Positions 8,799 to 17,216 of a stretch of DNA of 32,000 nucleotides are shown piece after piece. The stretch is from NCBI GenBank assembly GCA_963677105.1, contig OY781871.1, positions 240,001 through 272,000 of the forward strand, given 5' to 3'. How positions within the stretch are numbered: the stretch's first letter is position 1; each line of letters starts with the position of its first letter. The notes below the pieces were generated by a model. That model searched no databases, was not told the DNA's origin, and saw nothing but the letters and a program-made list of their open reading frames with translations. The stretch is from Candidatus Saccharimonadota bacterium. Lineage in GTDB: Bacteria > Patescibacteriota > Gracilibacteria > UBA4473. A program made the position numbers and the translations under genes.

Positions 8799-10988
8799 AT
8801 GAATTCCGATTTCCCTCAGCGCATAAAAATTTTGAAAATAGTGTTTTCCACTATATTTCTTGTTTTTACGGTGCGATTATTTAATCTTCAGGTTTTACAA
8901 CACGATGAATATGAAGCGATTGCGAGAGCCCAACATGAAAAACGTTCTATTCTTACTGCTCGAAGAGGAAAAATTTTAGTGAAAAAAAATAGATACTCAG
9001 AGGACCTCATGCCAATTGCAACGAATCACACATTAAAAATGTTATTTGTTGATCCCCTTCTTTTAGTATATCCAAATTTTGGATCAAAAGATGAGGTAAA
9101 AGCGCAAGAACGAGGAAATCCACAATTGGTTGCAGAAATGATCGCTCCTCTTCTTTTAAATGCTCACTGTGAAGAACTCGACAGTTGTCCTCTTGAAAAC
9201 GATCCACAAAAATTATCTGAACAAGAACGCGTAATTATCCGTGCATATCAACAAGAATTAAGTGCCATTTTTTCTGAAACTGAACGTCGTCGAATTGTCT
9301 TAAATACTGACGTTGATCCTTTGCGACAAGAAACAATTCGGGCGCTCAATCTCCCCGGAATTAAGATTGCAAATAACATGATTATTGCTGATCCTGTGCA
9401 AATTAGTAATCCCGAACAAGTTGCACAAGATTTAGCTCCATTAGTAGGAAGTACTTCTGTTGAACTTACTCCTCTTCTTGAAAAAAGAAAACGACGATAC
9501 GTAGAAATATCACGAAAAATTTCTCCCAAAATTTCTGAAAAAATCCTAGAGCTAAAATATAATCCTGAATTCAAAAAACTCTTTCGTGGAGTACAACTCA
9601 CAGATGAATATTGGCGATATTATCCAGAAAAAAATCTTGCCGCACAAACCATTGGATTTTTGGATAGAAATGGAAGCGGACAATATGGAATTGAAGGACG
9701 ATTTGATGATATTCTCAAAGGAATTGAAGGAGAAATTTCTGGAGCCACTACCACTTCTGGACAACAAATTTTGAAACAAGGAAGTGGATTTCGACGCGCA
9801 CAAGATGGATCTGATATTGTTTTGTCTATTGATCGTGTCATTCAAAATGCTGTAGAAAAAATTATAGAAACAGATACACGTAAGTTTGATGCAGACGCTA
9901 TTCAAGCAATTGTCATTGAGCCCAAAACGGGACGAATTCTTGCGATGGCTCACTCCCCTACGTTTGATCCGAATAATTTTGGTGAAGTATTTTCTACTTT
10001 CAAAATTCCGGCAGAACAAGAAGCACTCGATCGCGAAGACGAAAAATTCAATCAACGAATTCCAACTATTGATTCCGATAATGGTGAATTGTTTCGTTAT
10101 TTTAATATTTGGGGACCACGTGTTTTCCGAAACAAAATTGTATTAGATGAATATGAGCCAGGATCAGTGATTAAATCATTCACTATGGCAGCAGCATTGA
10201 ATTCTGATGAAGTAACTCCACAAACAAAATATGATGATGAGGGTCCGGTAGAAGTAGATGAGTTTCTTATTCGAAATTCTGACGAAGAATATAATGGGCC
10301 AACCACTATGATTGAAGTCATTAATCGTTCACTCAATACAGGAATTGCTTTTATTGCACGAAAAATGGGATCTCAAATGTTATATGAATATTTAAAACGT
10401 TTTGGATTTGGACAATTCACGGATATTCAAATTGATGGAGAAGCTAAAGGACGAATGGAATTTTGGCAAGATTGGGAAGAATCTGAGCTCGTTACTCGAG
10501 GATTTGGACAAGGATTTACTGCAAGTCCATTACAAGTTGCAATGGCTTATGGAGCACTTGCGAATGGAGGATATTTGATGAAACCGCTTTTAGTTGAAAA
10601 AATAATATCTCCCGACGGAAAAGAAGAAAATTTTGAACCAGAACGTATTCACCGAGTTATTTCTGAAACTACATATCAAACGATCAAAGCAATGCTTTTA
10701 AATTCTGTGGAAAATGGTGTAGCGCGTGGCGCAGGAGTTCGTGGACATAGCGTCATGGGAAAAACGGGAACTTCTCAAACATATAGAAATGGAAAAGCGC
10801 TTACTGGACTGGGAACAACGATTGCTTCGTTTGCAGGATTCGGTCCATACGAAGATCCGCAATTCGTAATTCTTGTGAAAATCGATTATCCAAAAGTATC
10901 TCAATGGGGATCAGAAACCGCTGCTGGAACTTTCCGCCGAATTGCCACATTTTTGTTTGATTACTATCAAATTCCACCGGAAAACTAG
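8799..10988 (+). CDS. Class B penicillin-binding protein (peptidoglycan D,D-transpeptidase, FtsI/PBP2 type)
   Basis: 729 aa with an N-terminal membrane anchor (ILKIVFSTIFLVFTVRLFNL). Transpeptidase triad motifs are present: SxxK (PGSVIKSF), SxN (RSLNTG) and KTG (GKTGTS). Confidence 0.9.
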   Translation: MNSDFPQRIKILKIVFSTIFLVFTVRLFNLQVLQHDEYEAIARAQHEKRSILTARRGKILVKKNRYSEDLMPIATNHTLKMLFVDPLLLVYPNFGSKDEVKAQERGNPQLVAEMIAPLLLNAHCEELDSCPLENDPQKLSEQERVIIRAYQQELSAIFSETERRRIVLNTDVDPLRQETIRALNLPGIKIANNMIIADPVQISNPEQVAQDLAPLVGSTSVELTPLLEKRKRRYVEISRKISPKISEKILELKYNPEFKKLFRGVQLTDEYWRYYPEKNLAAQTIGFLDRNGSGQYGIEGRFDDILKGIEGEISGATTTSGQQILKQGSGFRRAQDGSDIVLSIDRVIQNAVEKIIETDTRKFDADAIQAIVIEPKTGRILAMAHSPTFDPNNFGEVFSTFKIPAEQEALDREDEKFNQRIPTIDSDNGELFRYFNIWGPRVFRNKIVLDEYEPGSVIKSFTMAAALNSDEVTPQTKYDDEGPVEVDEFLIRNSDEEYNGPTTMIEVINRSLNTGIAFIARKMGSQMLYEYLKRFGFGQFTDIQIDGEAKGRMEFWQDWEESELVTRGFGQGFTASPLQVAMAYGALANGGYLMKPLLVEKIISPDGKEENFEPERIHRVISETTYQTIKAMLLNSVENGVARGAGVRGHSVMGKTGTSQTYRNGKALTGLGTTIASFAGFGPYEDPQFVILVKIDYPKVSQWGSETAAGTFRRIATFLFDYYQIPPEN

Positions 10989-11065
10989 TCGCTACGCTTT
11001 CGCTCACGCTCCAAATAACAAATTGCAAACTACAAAGTTCAAATTTTGTACTTTGTTATTTGTAC
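10989..11065 (+). repeat. Intergenic repeat family, fullest copy (tandem heads plus an internally palindromic tail)
   Basis: It starts 1 nt after the PBP stop: TCGCTACGCTTTCGCTCACGCTCCAAATAACAAATTGCAAACTACAAAGTTCAAATTTTGTACTTTGTTATTTGTAC. CAAATAACAAA and TTTGTTATTTG form imperfect inverted arms. Confidence 0.7.
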
Positions 11066-11115
11066 ATTGAAAACTGCTACTTGAAATTCACAGGGAAATT
11101 GCTACTCTGCAGGCG

Positions 11116-13026
11116 ATGGATTTTTCGACTCTTGATCTCGGCCAAAAACTCGATACAGACCGTATTAAATTCTTAGAAACATTTAGTAAAAGTTGCCGAA
11201 GAACTATTGTTGAAATGGTAAAACAGTCGCAATCAGGACATCCTGGCGGATCTTTATCTATGATTGATTTTCTTGCGACTTTGTACGCTTTCCGTATTAC
11301 AAAAACTGATGAAAAAATTGTCATATCAAACGGACACACTTCCCCGGCAATGTATTCTATTCTTGCAGAATGTGGCGCTGTAGATAAAAAAGAAGTGATC
11401 GAAACATTTCGAAAATTTGGAAGTAAATTCGAAGGACACGTTACACGACACATCGACGGAATTCATTATGGAACTGGACCACTTGGATGTGGATTTTCTG
11501 CTGCGGCGGGAATGGCGTGGAGTGAGAAAAAAAACAATCCAGACAAACGAGTTTGGTGTACGATCGGAGACGGAGAAATGCAAGAAGGACAAGTTCACGA
11601 AGCGGCACTTTGGGCAGCTCAACAAAAGCTTGGAAATTTCACAACAATCGTTGATTACAATAATCTACAAATCTCTGGAACATTGGCGCAAGTATGTGGT
11701 CTTGATGTGACAGAGTTTTTTAAATCAAAAGGCTGGAAAGTCGTAGAAATCGATGGACATAATTATGAAAAAATTTGGGACGCACTTAATACAAGTTGTA
11801 AACGTGGTCGCCCAATGGCAATCATTGCTCGAACTGTTATGGGAAAAGGTGTTCCAGGAATGGAAGAAGATGGAAAAAACTTGAAACCAACATGGCACGG
11901 AGCAACACCAAAACCTGATATAGCAGACGAAATGCTTGCTTCAAAAGAATTAACAATTTCAACAGAAGAACAAATGGTTCTCGATAAATTTCGAGTAGAA
12001 CGAAAATTTGTACCAACGAAAAATAAACACATCGCGTGGGGAACACCAATGAAAAATGTAAATCTTGGAGAAGCGATTGAATACGCAGCAGACAAAGTTA
12101 CAGATTGTCGTGGAGCATACGGAGCAGCGCTGCAAAGTTTGGCAGAAAATAACAAAGAAATTGTAGCAATGTCGGCGGATTTATCAGGAAGTGTAAAAAC
12201 TTCACTCACACAAAAAGCGTGTCCAGATCAATATGTTGAATTTGGAATCGCAGAACAAAACATGATTTCTGCGGCAGGAGGAATGTCTTTTTCAAATATT
12301 ATTCCATTCGCAAGTACATTCGGAGCATTTATTTCCAGTCGAGCAAAAGACCAAGCACGAGTAAACGACATCAATAATGGAAACGTAAAAATGGTTGCCA
12401 CTCACTGCGGATTATCTGTAGGAGAAGACGGACCAACACATCAAGCAATTGACGATGCTGGAAGTTTCTTAGGAATGTTTAACACAGGAGTTTGTGAACC
12501 AGCTGATCCAAATCACTGCGATCGAATCGTACGATGGTCTGCATCAATTTGGGGAAACATGTATGTACGAATGGGACGAGCAAAATTGCCAACACTTACA
12601 AAAGAAGACGGAAGTGTTTTCTTCGACAAGAATTACAAATATGAATACGGAAAATGCGACATTCTCCGTTCTGGAAAAAAAGTAACCATTATCGCTTCTG
12701 GTCCATGTGTTCATGAAGCATTGAAAGCACGAGAAGAATTAGGAATTGATGCTGAAATTGTAATTGTAAGTAGCATCAAAAAACTCGACGAAACGGTTGC
12801 AAAATCACTCGAAAAAACGGGGAAATTCATCACCGTTGAAGACCACAATCCTTATTCTGGACTTGCAGCAAAAATTGCAAAAGAAATTCAGGACAAAAAC
12901 ATTGACGCAAAATGTATCGCGAATTTAGCGGTTACAGAATATGAACTTTCTGGAAAACCTGCAGAACTCTACGCTCATGGAAAAATTGATTCCACTGCGA
13001 TTGTTGAGGTTTTGAAAAAGGTATAA
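11116..13026 (+). CDS. tkt: Transketolase (single-chain, N- and C-terminal halves fused)
   Basis: 636 aa. ThDP-binding motifs: SGHPGGSLS and GDGEMQEGQVHEAALWAAQQKLGNFTTIVDYNNLQISG. Pyrimidine-binding half: EFGIAEQNMISAAGGMS and GEDGPTHQAIDD. Confidence 0.9.
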   Translation: MDFSTLDLGQKLDTDRIKFLETFSKSCRRTIVEMVKQSQSGHPGGSLSMIDFLATLYAFRITKTDEKIVISNGHTSPAMYSILAECGAVDKKEVIETFRKFGSKFEGHVTRHIDGIHYGTGPLGCGFSAAAGMAWSEKKNNPDKRVWCTIGDGEMQEGQVHEAALWAAQQKLGNFTTIVDYNNLQISGTLAQVCGLDVTEFFKSKGWKVVEIDGHNYEKIWDALNTSCKRGRPMAIIARTVMGKGVPGMEEDGKNLKPTWHGATPKPDIADEMLASKELTISTEEQMVLDKFRVERKFVPTKNKHIAWGTPMKNVNLGEAIEYAADKVTDCRGAYGAALQSLAENNKEIVAMSADLSGSVKTSLTQKACPDQYVEFGIAEQNMISAAGGMSFSNIIPFASTFGAFISSRAKDQARVNDINNGNVKMVATHCGLSVGEDGPTHQAIDDAGSFLGMFNTGVCEPADPNHCDRIVRWSASIWGNMYVRMGRAKLPTLTKEDGSVFFDKNYKYEYGKCDILRSGKKVTIIASGPCVHEALKAREELGIDAEIVIVSSIKKLDETVAKSLEKTGKFITVEDHNPYSGLAAKIAKEIQDKNIDAKCIANLAVTEYELSGKPAELYAHGKIDSTAIVEVLKKV

Positions 13027-13074
13027 ATACACAGAAAATTTGTTCGGGCGAGAAAGTAAAAAGTGTTCTCTTTT

Positions 13075-14160
13075 TTAAAAATCAACATTTTCTAAGCTTT
13101 TTGCTTCAGATTCATCTGTAAAAACAAAATCTCCTTCTTCTAAAAAATTCAAAAGTTTCTTCTTCTGATCTTTTCCTATCGCCCTAGAAATTATTTCTGA
13201 TTTTTCCTCAAGAAACTCTCTCATTCTCTCTTTTACAAAAGAGGACTCCCTAATATAAATATTTCTCAATATCCCTGCAATTAAATAGGACCAATCCTCT
13301 TCTTCTAATCCATCAATAAATTTTTCTAATCGTTTAAAATAAATATTAGCCAATTTTAGTGAATCAGATTTTGTAAATCTTAACACTGCACGCATTTTTT
13401 CAACAGCATAATATCTAGCTCTGCGCTCTTTTTCCTCTTCTTCAATCTCTCCTTGCTCTTGTTGGGTTAGCTCTGGAATTTTAGACAAAGAGCTTTCAAA
13501 AATTATTTTATTTGTTTTGTGAGTATTTTTCGCCCATTCTTTTTTCAACCAATTATTAAATTCGCTTTTCCCCCAAGCCCTATCATCAGCCGCAATAAAA
13601 ATTAATTCTGTATCTGTTTTATTGGAAAATTCTTTCAATAAGCTCTCCCAAATTAAACAATCCCCAAAAGACGATTTTTCTTGCTTATCTGCAGGAGGAT
13701 TTCCCTTTGCTACTCTCAAATGTGTATCAGCTATTATGGCTTCCGTTTCATCTATCACAGTTGCAAGTTCAAAAATTTTCGCAATGGCTTTATTGGCATC
13801 ACTTTTTTCACATTTATATCGCTTTTCGACAATCTCCTTCTCTTTTTCCAATTTTTTAATTTTCATTTCAATAGCTCTCCTTAAGCCCTTTTCTCCACTA
13901 AGTCCTTTAAAGTTTTTTTCAAGAATATCTAACTTATTTGTATTGTCTGTAATTTTTGACGACAAACTATTCAACTTCGAATAACACCATGAATGACAAC
14001 TATTCCTTTCCACTTCATCAATAACTTGTTGAGGAACACATAATTTTATTTTCTTACTCTCCAGTAGTCTACTTAAAGGAACTGCAACCTTATTTAAAGC
14101 ATCTTCATTAGAATCATAAAAATGGCGGTAGACATTGGAATCCAGAAATACATACTTCAT
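13075..14160 (-). CDS. PIN-like nuclease domain protein (DUF4935-type) with a coiled-coil insert and helical C-terminal domain
   Basis: The ORF track starts at TTG 14169, but the ATG at 14160 gives MKYVFLDSNVY. Candidate PIN acidic residues are FLDSN, IDEVERN, FGDCLIWE and IAADDR, with a long K/E-rich coiled-coil insert between them. It is the only minus-strand gene between two plus-strand housekeeping genes and looks more AT-rich than its neighbours. Confidence 0.6.
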   Translation of the reverse strand: MKYVFLDSNVYRHFYDSNEDALNKVAVPLSRLLESKKIKLCVPQQVIDEVERNSCHSWCYSKLNSLSSKITDNTNKLDILEKNFKGLSGEKGLRRAIEMKIKKLEKEKEIVEKRYKCEKSDANKAIAKIFELATVIDETEAIIADTHLRVAKGNPPADKQEKSSFGDCLIWESLLKEFSNKTDTELIFIAADDRAWGKSEFNNWLKKEWAKNTHKTNKIIFESSLSKIPELTQQEQGEIEEEEKERRARYYAVEKMRAVLRFTKSDSLKLANIYFKRLEKFIDGLEEEDWSYLIAGILRNIYIRESSFVKERMREFLEEKSEIISRAIGKDQKKKLLNFLEEGDFVFTDESEAKSLENVDF

Positions 14161-14170
14161 CCTAAACAAT

Positions 14171-14197
14171 ATTATAACTACGTAATTCTACTCTCAA
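14171..14197 (-). promoter_or_regulatory. Candidate sigma70-type promoter of the PIN-like gene (short or leaderless 5' UTR)
   Basis: The minus strand reads TTGAGA-N15-TATAAT. The perfect -10 (14176..14171) lies only 10 nt upstream of the ATG at 14160. The -35 spacing is short at 15 nt. Confidence 0.35.
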
Positions 14198-14316
14198 AAA
14201 AGATAAACCACAAATGAAGATTCTCTTCTTACGGTGTTGTATACAATCTTAATCAAAACTTGACCAAAATTTGTATTCAAACTATCCTTTCAACGACAAA
14301 TTGAAACACAAAAACA

Positions 14317-16863
14317 ATGTTTGAAAGTTTAATTCTCGGAGCTGTTGCACTTCTACACGAAACACCAACTCCTTTTTTCGAACAAGAAATCGATATTCCT
14401 GCTGCGACATTTGAAATTTCTACTGAGTTGCCATGGAATTCTGTAACACTTTTTACACCTCGCGGAAGAGCACTTCCCGAACTCAGTTATAAAGATTCAA
14501 ACGGAGAGTGGAAATCGTGGGAAACAGAAGATGATCGTGATGATTTAACGGAATTGCTTTTCTTTGATACAACTCGAAAAACTCTTCAAATTCGGTCTAA
14601 AGAAACCGCGCACGTTATTGCACATTTTTTCAACACAAAAATCCCTGGAGAGCGTCTAATAGCACAATTCAGCGAAAACACTTCTGATTTTTTGGAAACG
14701 TCTGATGATTCGAAAAAATTACTGAAAAAAATTCCAAAATATTTTTTGCGTGCCGATTGGGGCGCAGATGAATCTTTGCGACTTTTGGGAAATTTTCGAA
14801 AGAAATCACTAAAATGGTTTCCTATTGAACAAAAACTCGTCGAAGCGAAATTTCGTCCTGTAAATATTGTAAACGAAAATGATGATGGCGAAACGCTCTT
14901 TTGGCCGATTGCAGAAAATCAACTCGTTGCAAAATTCGTCATTCATCATACGGCTGAGAATCTGAAAAAAGAACGAAATAGAACGCCTGAAGAACTCATG
15001 CGAGCCATTTATTCGTATCACACGATTACTCGTGGCTGGGGAGATATTGGATATAATTTCGTAATTGATCGCGCTGGAAATGTGTATGAAGGTCGCGCTG
15101 GATATGAAAGAAATAAAAGAATTCCCGTTGGAGCACATGTTGCGTATCGTAATATTGGAACCGTCGGAATTGCTCTCATGGGAAACTTCCAAGAAGAAGA
15201 ACCAACCGAAGCACAACTCGATGTTCTCGCGCTTTTGATTGCAGATTTATCAGAACAAATCGGATCGAATCCTCTTGAGAAAACAAAGTTTTGGGGAAAA
15301 ACGACACCAAATATTTTAGGGCATCAGGATTTAGCTGTTCGTGGACATGGAACGGCTTGTCCCGGACTGAATATGATAAAAAAACTTCCGGAACTACGCA
15401 AAAAAGTTGCCAGTGTTTTGGAAATTCTGAAAGAGTTTGAAGATTACGGTGTCCCAAAAGGAAAAGATTTTCTGACCAAAAGTTCTGTTGCTCCAAAAGT
15501 ACAAAAAGTAAAAAATCTTACGCCTGAACGAAAAGGAGCTCCTCTCGAAATGTCGATTGTGACGGATGTTCCGCAACTTCGTCGTCATGAAAGAAAAGGG
15601 GCAAGCATTCGAGTAAAAAATACCAGTTCTATGGATTGGCCAGCAGGAACGGCGTTTCGTGTAAAAAATATTCCAGACGGAACAATAGTCGAACCATTTC
15701 GAACAAATGATGTGATTCGGAGCGGACGTACTGGAAACTTCAGTACAAATATTAATGTAAAATCGACACCAAACGGCACATATCATCTGCAACTTTCTCC
15801 TCAATTTTTAGAGAAAAAATATTTCCCAGAACAAATTGAACGATCCGAACTTACGTTTACATTCCGTGTTTCTGGAGACAAAAATCTGCTTCACGCTCGA
15901 TTAGATGAAGGTCTTTTTACGAGAAGCCTTCAAACAAGTGTTATCAAGCCTATTTCTCCTCCGAAACCTACCGTAAAAAAAGTAACCGCAACAATAACTC
16001 CACCAGAAGTTCCGCATGTAAAAGTGAAGCTCGCTGGATTTAATGCATTTTTTGCAGAAATCGTTGGAACGCGAGCAACGGACATTTGGCATCGTGATAA
16101 AAAGCTTGCAAACATTGCTGCCGGAACTCCTATTCAAGTGAGTTATGAGAAAGGAACTCGAATGTTGAAAGTTCAAAGTGGAGAAAAAGAATGGCACTGG
16201 AATGACGCGATTCCAGGAAATATTTCATTAAAAACAAATGGAATTCTGAAAATCAACAACTATAGAAATCCTCGTTTCGGACAAGGAAAAGTGTTGTATA
16301 ACTCTTTCCGTGGAATGCTCCATTTCTATCCACAACGCGACACGTTCTTGGTCGTGAATGAGCTTCCGATAGAAGAATATTTATGGGGATTGGGAGAAGA
16401 ACCTTCTACTGAACCAGAAACAAAACGTCACATTATTCACATTCTCGCTCGATCCTACGCAAAGGTATATTCAGGAACAAAACGAAAATTCCGAACGCCG
16501 TTGTACGATCTCGAAGACGATCCTCGAACAAGCCAACTCTATCTCGGATATGATTGGGAACGATATCACACAGAACAAAAATCGCTGATTGCTGAAACAA
16601 ATGGCCAAGTTTTGACGAAAGATGGAGAAACGGTCATTGGTCCTTATTTCACACAATCTGCTGGAAAAAGTATAAATCCGTGGGCATCACAATATCCTTG
16701 GTGTCGTGTTCGTGATCTTCCATATGACGAAGGATTAGAACAACGAGGACACGGAGTTGGTTTATCAGGAAATACTGCGCGCATACTCGCCGAACAAGGA
16801 AAATCTATACAAGAAATTATTGATTATTTCTTCGAAGGATTATCCGTCAAAAAGATGTACTGA
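14317..16863 (+). CDS. Cell-wall hydrolase fusion: N-acetylmuramoyl-L-alanine amidase (Amidase_2/PGRP type) + Ig-like spacer + SpoIID/LytB-like domain
   Basis: 848 aa. Amidase_2 motifs (about 14740-15370): FVIHHTAE, YHTITRGWGDIGYNFVIDRAGNVYEGR, GAHVAYRNIGTVGIALMGNF, ILGHQD...GTACPG. SpoIID-like C-terminus (about 16340-16863): VNELPIEEYLWGLGEEP, HILARSYA, SQLYLGYDWE, GPYFTQSAGKS, GHGVGLSGNTARILAEQG. Confidence 0.8.
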   Translation: MFESLILGAVALLHETPTPFFEQEIDIPAATFEISTELPWNSVTLFTPRGRALPELSYKDSNGEWKSWETEDDRDDLTELLFFDTTRKTLQIRSKETAHVIAHFFNTKIPGERLIAQFSENTSDFLETSDDSKKLLKKIPKYFLRADWGADESLRLLGNFRKKSLKWFPIEQKLVEAKFRPVNIVNENDDGETLFWPIAENQLVAKFVIHHTAENLKKERNRTPEELMRAIYSYHTITRGWGDIGYNFVIDRAGNVYEGRAGYERNKRIPVGAHVAYRNIGTVGIALMGNFQEEEPTEAQLDVLALLIADLSEQIGSNPLEKTKFWGKTTPNILGHQDLAVRGHGTACPGLNMIKKLPELRKKVASVLEILKEFEDYGVPKGKDFLTKSSVAPKVQKVKNLTPERKGAPLEMSIVTDVPQLRRHERKGASIRVKNTSSMDWPAGTAFRVKNIPDGTIVEPFRTNDVIRSGRTGNFSTNINVKSTPNGTYHLQLSPQFLEKKYFPEQIERSELTFTFRVSGDKNLLHARLDEGLFTRSLQTSVIKPISPPKPTVKKVTATITPPEVPHVKVKLAGFNAFFAEIVGTRATDIWHRDKKLANIAAGTPIQVSYEKGTRMLKVQSGEKEWHWNDAIPGNISLKTNGILKINNYRNPRFGQGKVLYNSFRGMLHFYPQRDTFLVVNELPIEEYLWGLGEEPSTEPETKRHIIHILARSYAKVYSGTKRKFRTPLYDLEDDPRTSQLYLGYDWERYHTEQKSLIAETNGQVLTKDGETVIGPYFTQSAGKSINPWASQYPWCRVRDLPYDEGLEQRGHGVGLSGNTARILAEQGKSIQEIIDYFFEGLSVKKMY

Positions 16864-16867
16864 AAAT

Positions 16868-16895
16868 TTGACAAGTAATAAGGAAAATCTACACT
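16868..16895 (+). promoter_or_regulatory. Candidate sigma70-type promoter (TTGACA-N16-TACACT)
   Basis: TTGACA at 16868..16873, a 16-nt spacer, then TACACT at 16890..16895, about 30 nt upstream of the ATG at 16926. Confidence 0.4.
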
Positions 16896-16925
16896 GCGCG
16901 AGCAATTTATTGAATTTTATTCAAA

Positions 16926-17069
16926 ATGACAAACAAAGGAGGCGCAAAACAGCATGGTGGACACGAGATCAATGAACGTCGACGTAAATCGACAATGAAT
17001 TCTCGTAATAACAAGGCAAAAGCACGAACACGACGTGAAGAATTGCGTGAAAAAGGATTGAACTGCTAG
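16926..17069 (+). CDS. Candidate small, highly basic protein (47 aa), unknown function
   Basis: It is absent from the ORF track because it is under 60 aa. ATG..TAG encodes MTNKGGAKQHGGHEINERRRKSTMNSRNNKAKARTRREELREKGLNC. A promoter-like site precedes it and a hairpin plus T-run follows. It fills an otherwise empty 350-nt gap. Confidence 0.35.
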   Translation: MTNKGGAKQHGGHEINERRRKSTMNSRNNKAKARTRREELREKGLNC

Positions 17070-17094
17070 TTCGTTTCTTATTTATTATGAAATT

Positions 17095-17128
17095 AAAATC
17101 TGTCTGAAAAGATGGATTTTTTATTTTT
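17095..17128 (+). terminator. Candidate intrinsic terminator after the small ORF
   Basis: AAAATC-TG-TC TGAAAA GA-TG-GATTTT, a 6+2 bp stem with a 2x2 internal loop, followed by TTTTTTATTTTT. Confidence 0.4.
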
Positions 17129-17179
17129 ATGTCAAAAGTCATTCTGGATTAAATTCAGAATAACAAAAAACAATTTCTT

Positions 17180-17216
17180 CTTTGTAATTTGTACTTTGTA
17201 GTTTTAAGCGAAGCGA
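17180..17216 (-). repeat. Intergenic repeat family copy, directly 3' of the dnaJ stop codon
   Basis: The minus strand reads TCGCTTCGCTTAAAACTACAAAGTACAAATTACAAAG and abuts the TAG stop at 17217..17219. Confidence 0.7.

Noticed and set aside
9248-10055. Antisense ORFs of 117, 167 and 73 aa inside the PBP gene
   Set aside because: They lie opposite a strongly motif-supported PBP coding frame. Their translations are low-complexity (F/I/S/R-rich) with no motifs. This is typical of AT-rich antisense frames.
11088-12209. Antisense or overlapping ORFs (121, 99, 148, 70 aa) across the transketolase gene
   Set aside because: Same reasoning: they lie opposite a confidently identified gene, have no recognisable features, and no independent start or promoter signals were seen.
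13040-13074. Terminator after tkt (GAGAA...TTCTC + TTTTTT)
   Set aside because: It has only a 5-bp AT-rich stem with an 11-nt loop. It is not convincing enough to list.
14809-16197. Chain of antisense ORFs (135, 106, 136, 98 aa) inside the amidase-SpoIID gene
   Set aside because: They lie opposite conserved Amidase_2 motifs and have skewed composition. They are judged spurious.
16757-16975. 72-aa plus-strand ORF overlapping the 3' end of the amidase-SpoIID gene
   Set aside because: It starts inside the conserved SpoIID C-terminus in another frame. The AAAGGAGG it crosses is followed by an ATG opening only a 14-codon frame. The separate 47-aa ORF at 16926 has better flanking signals.
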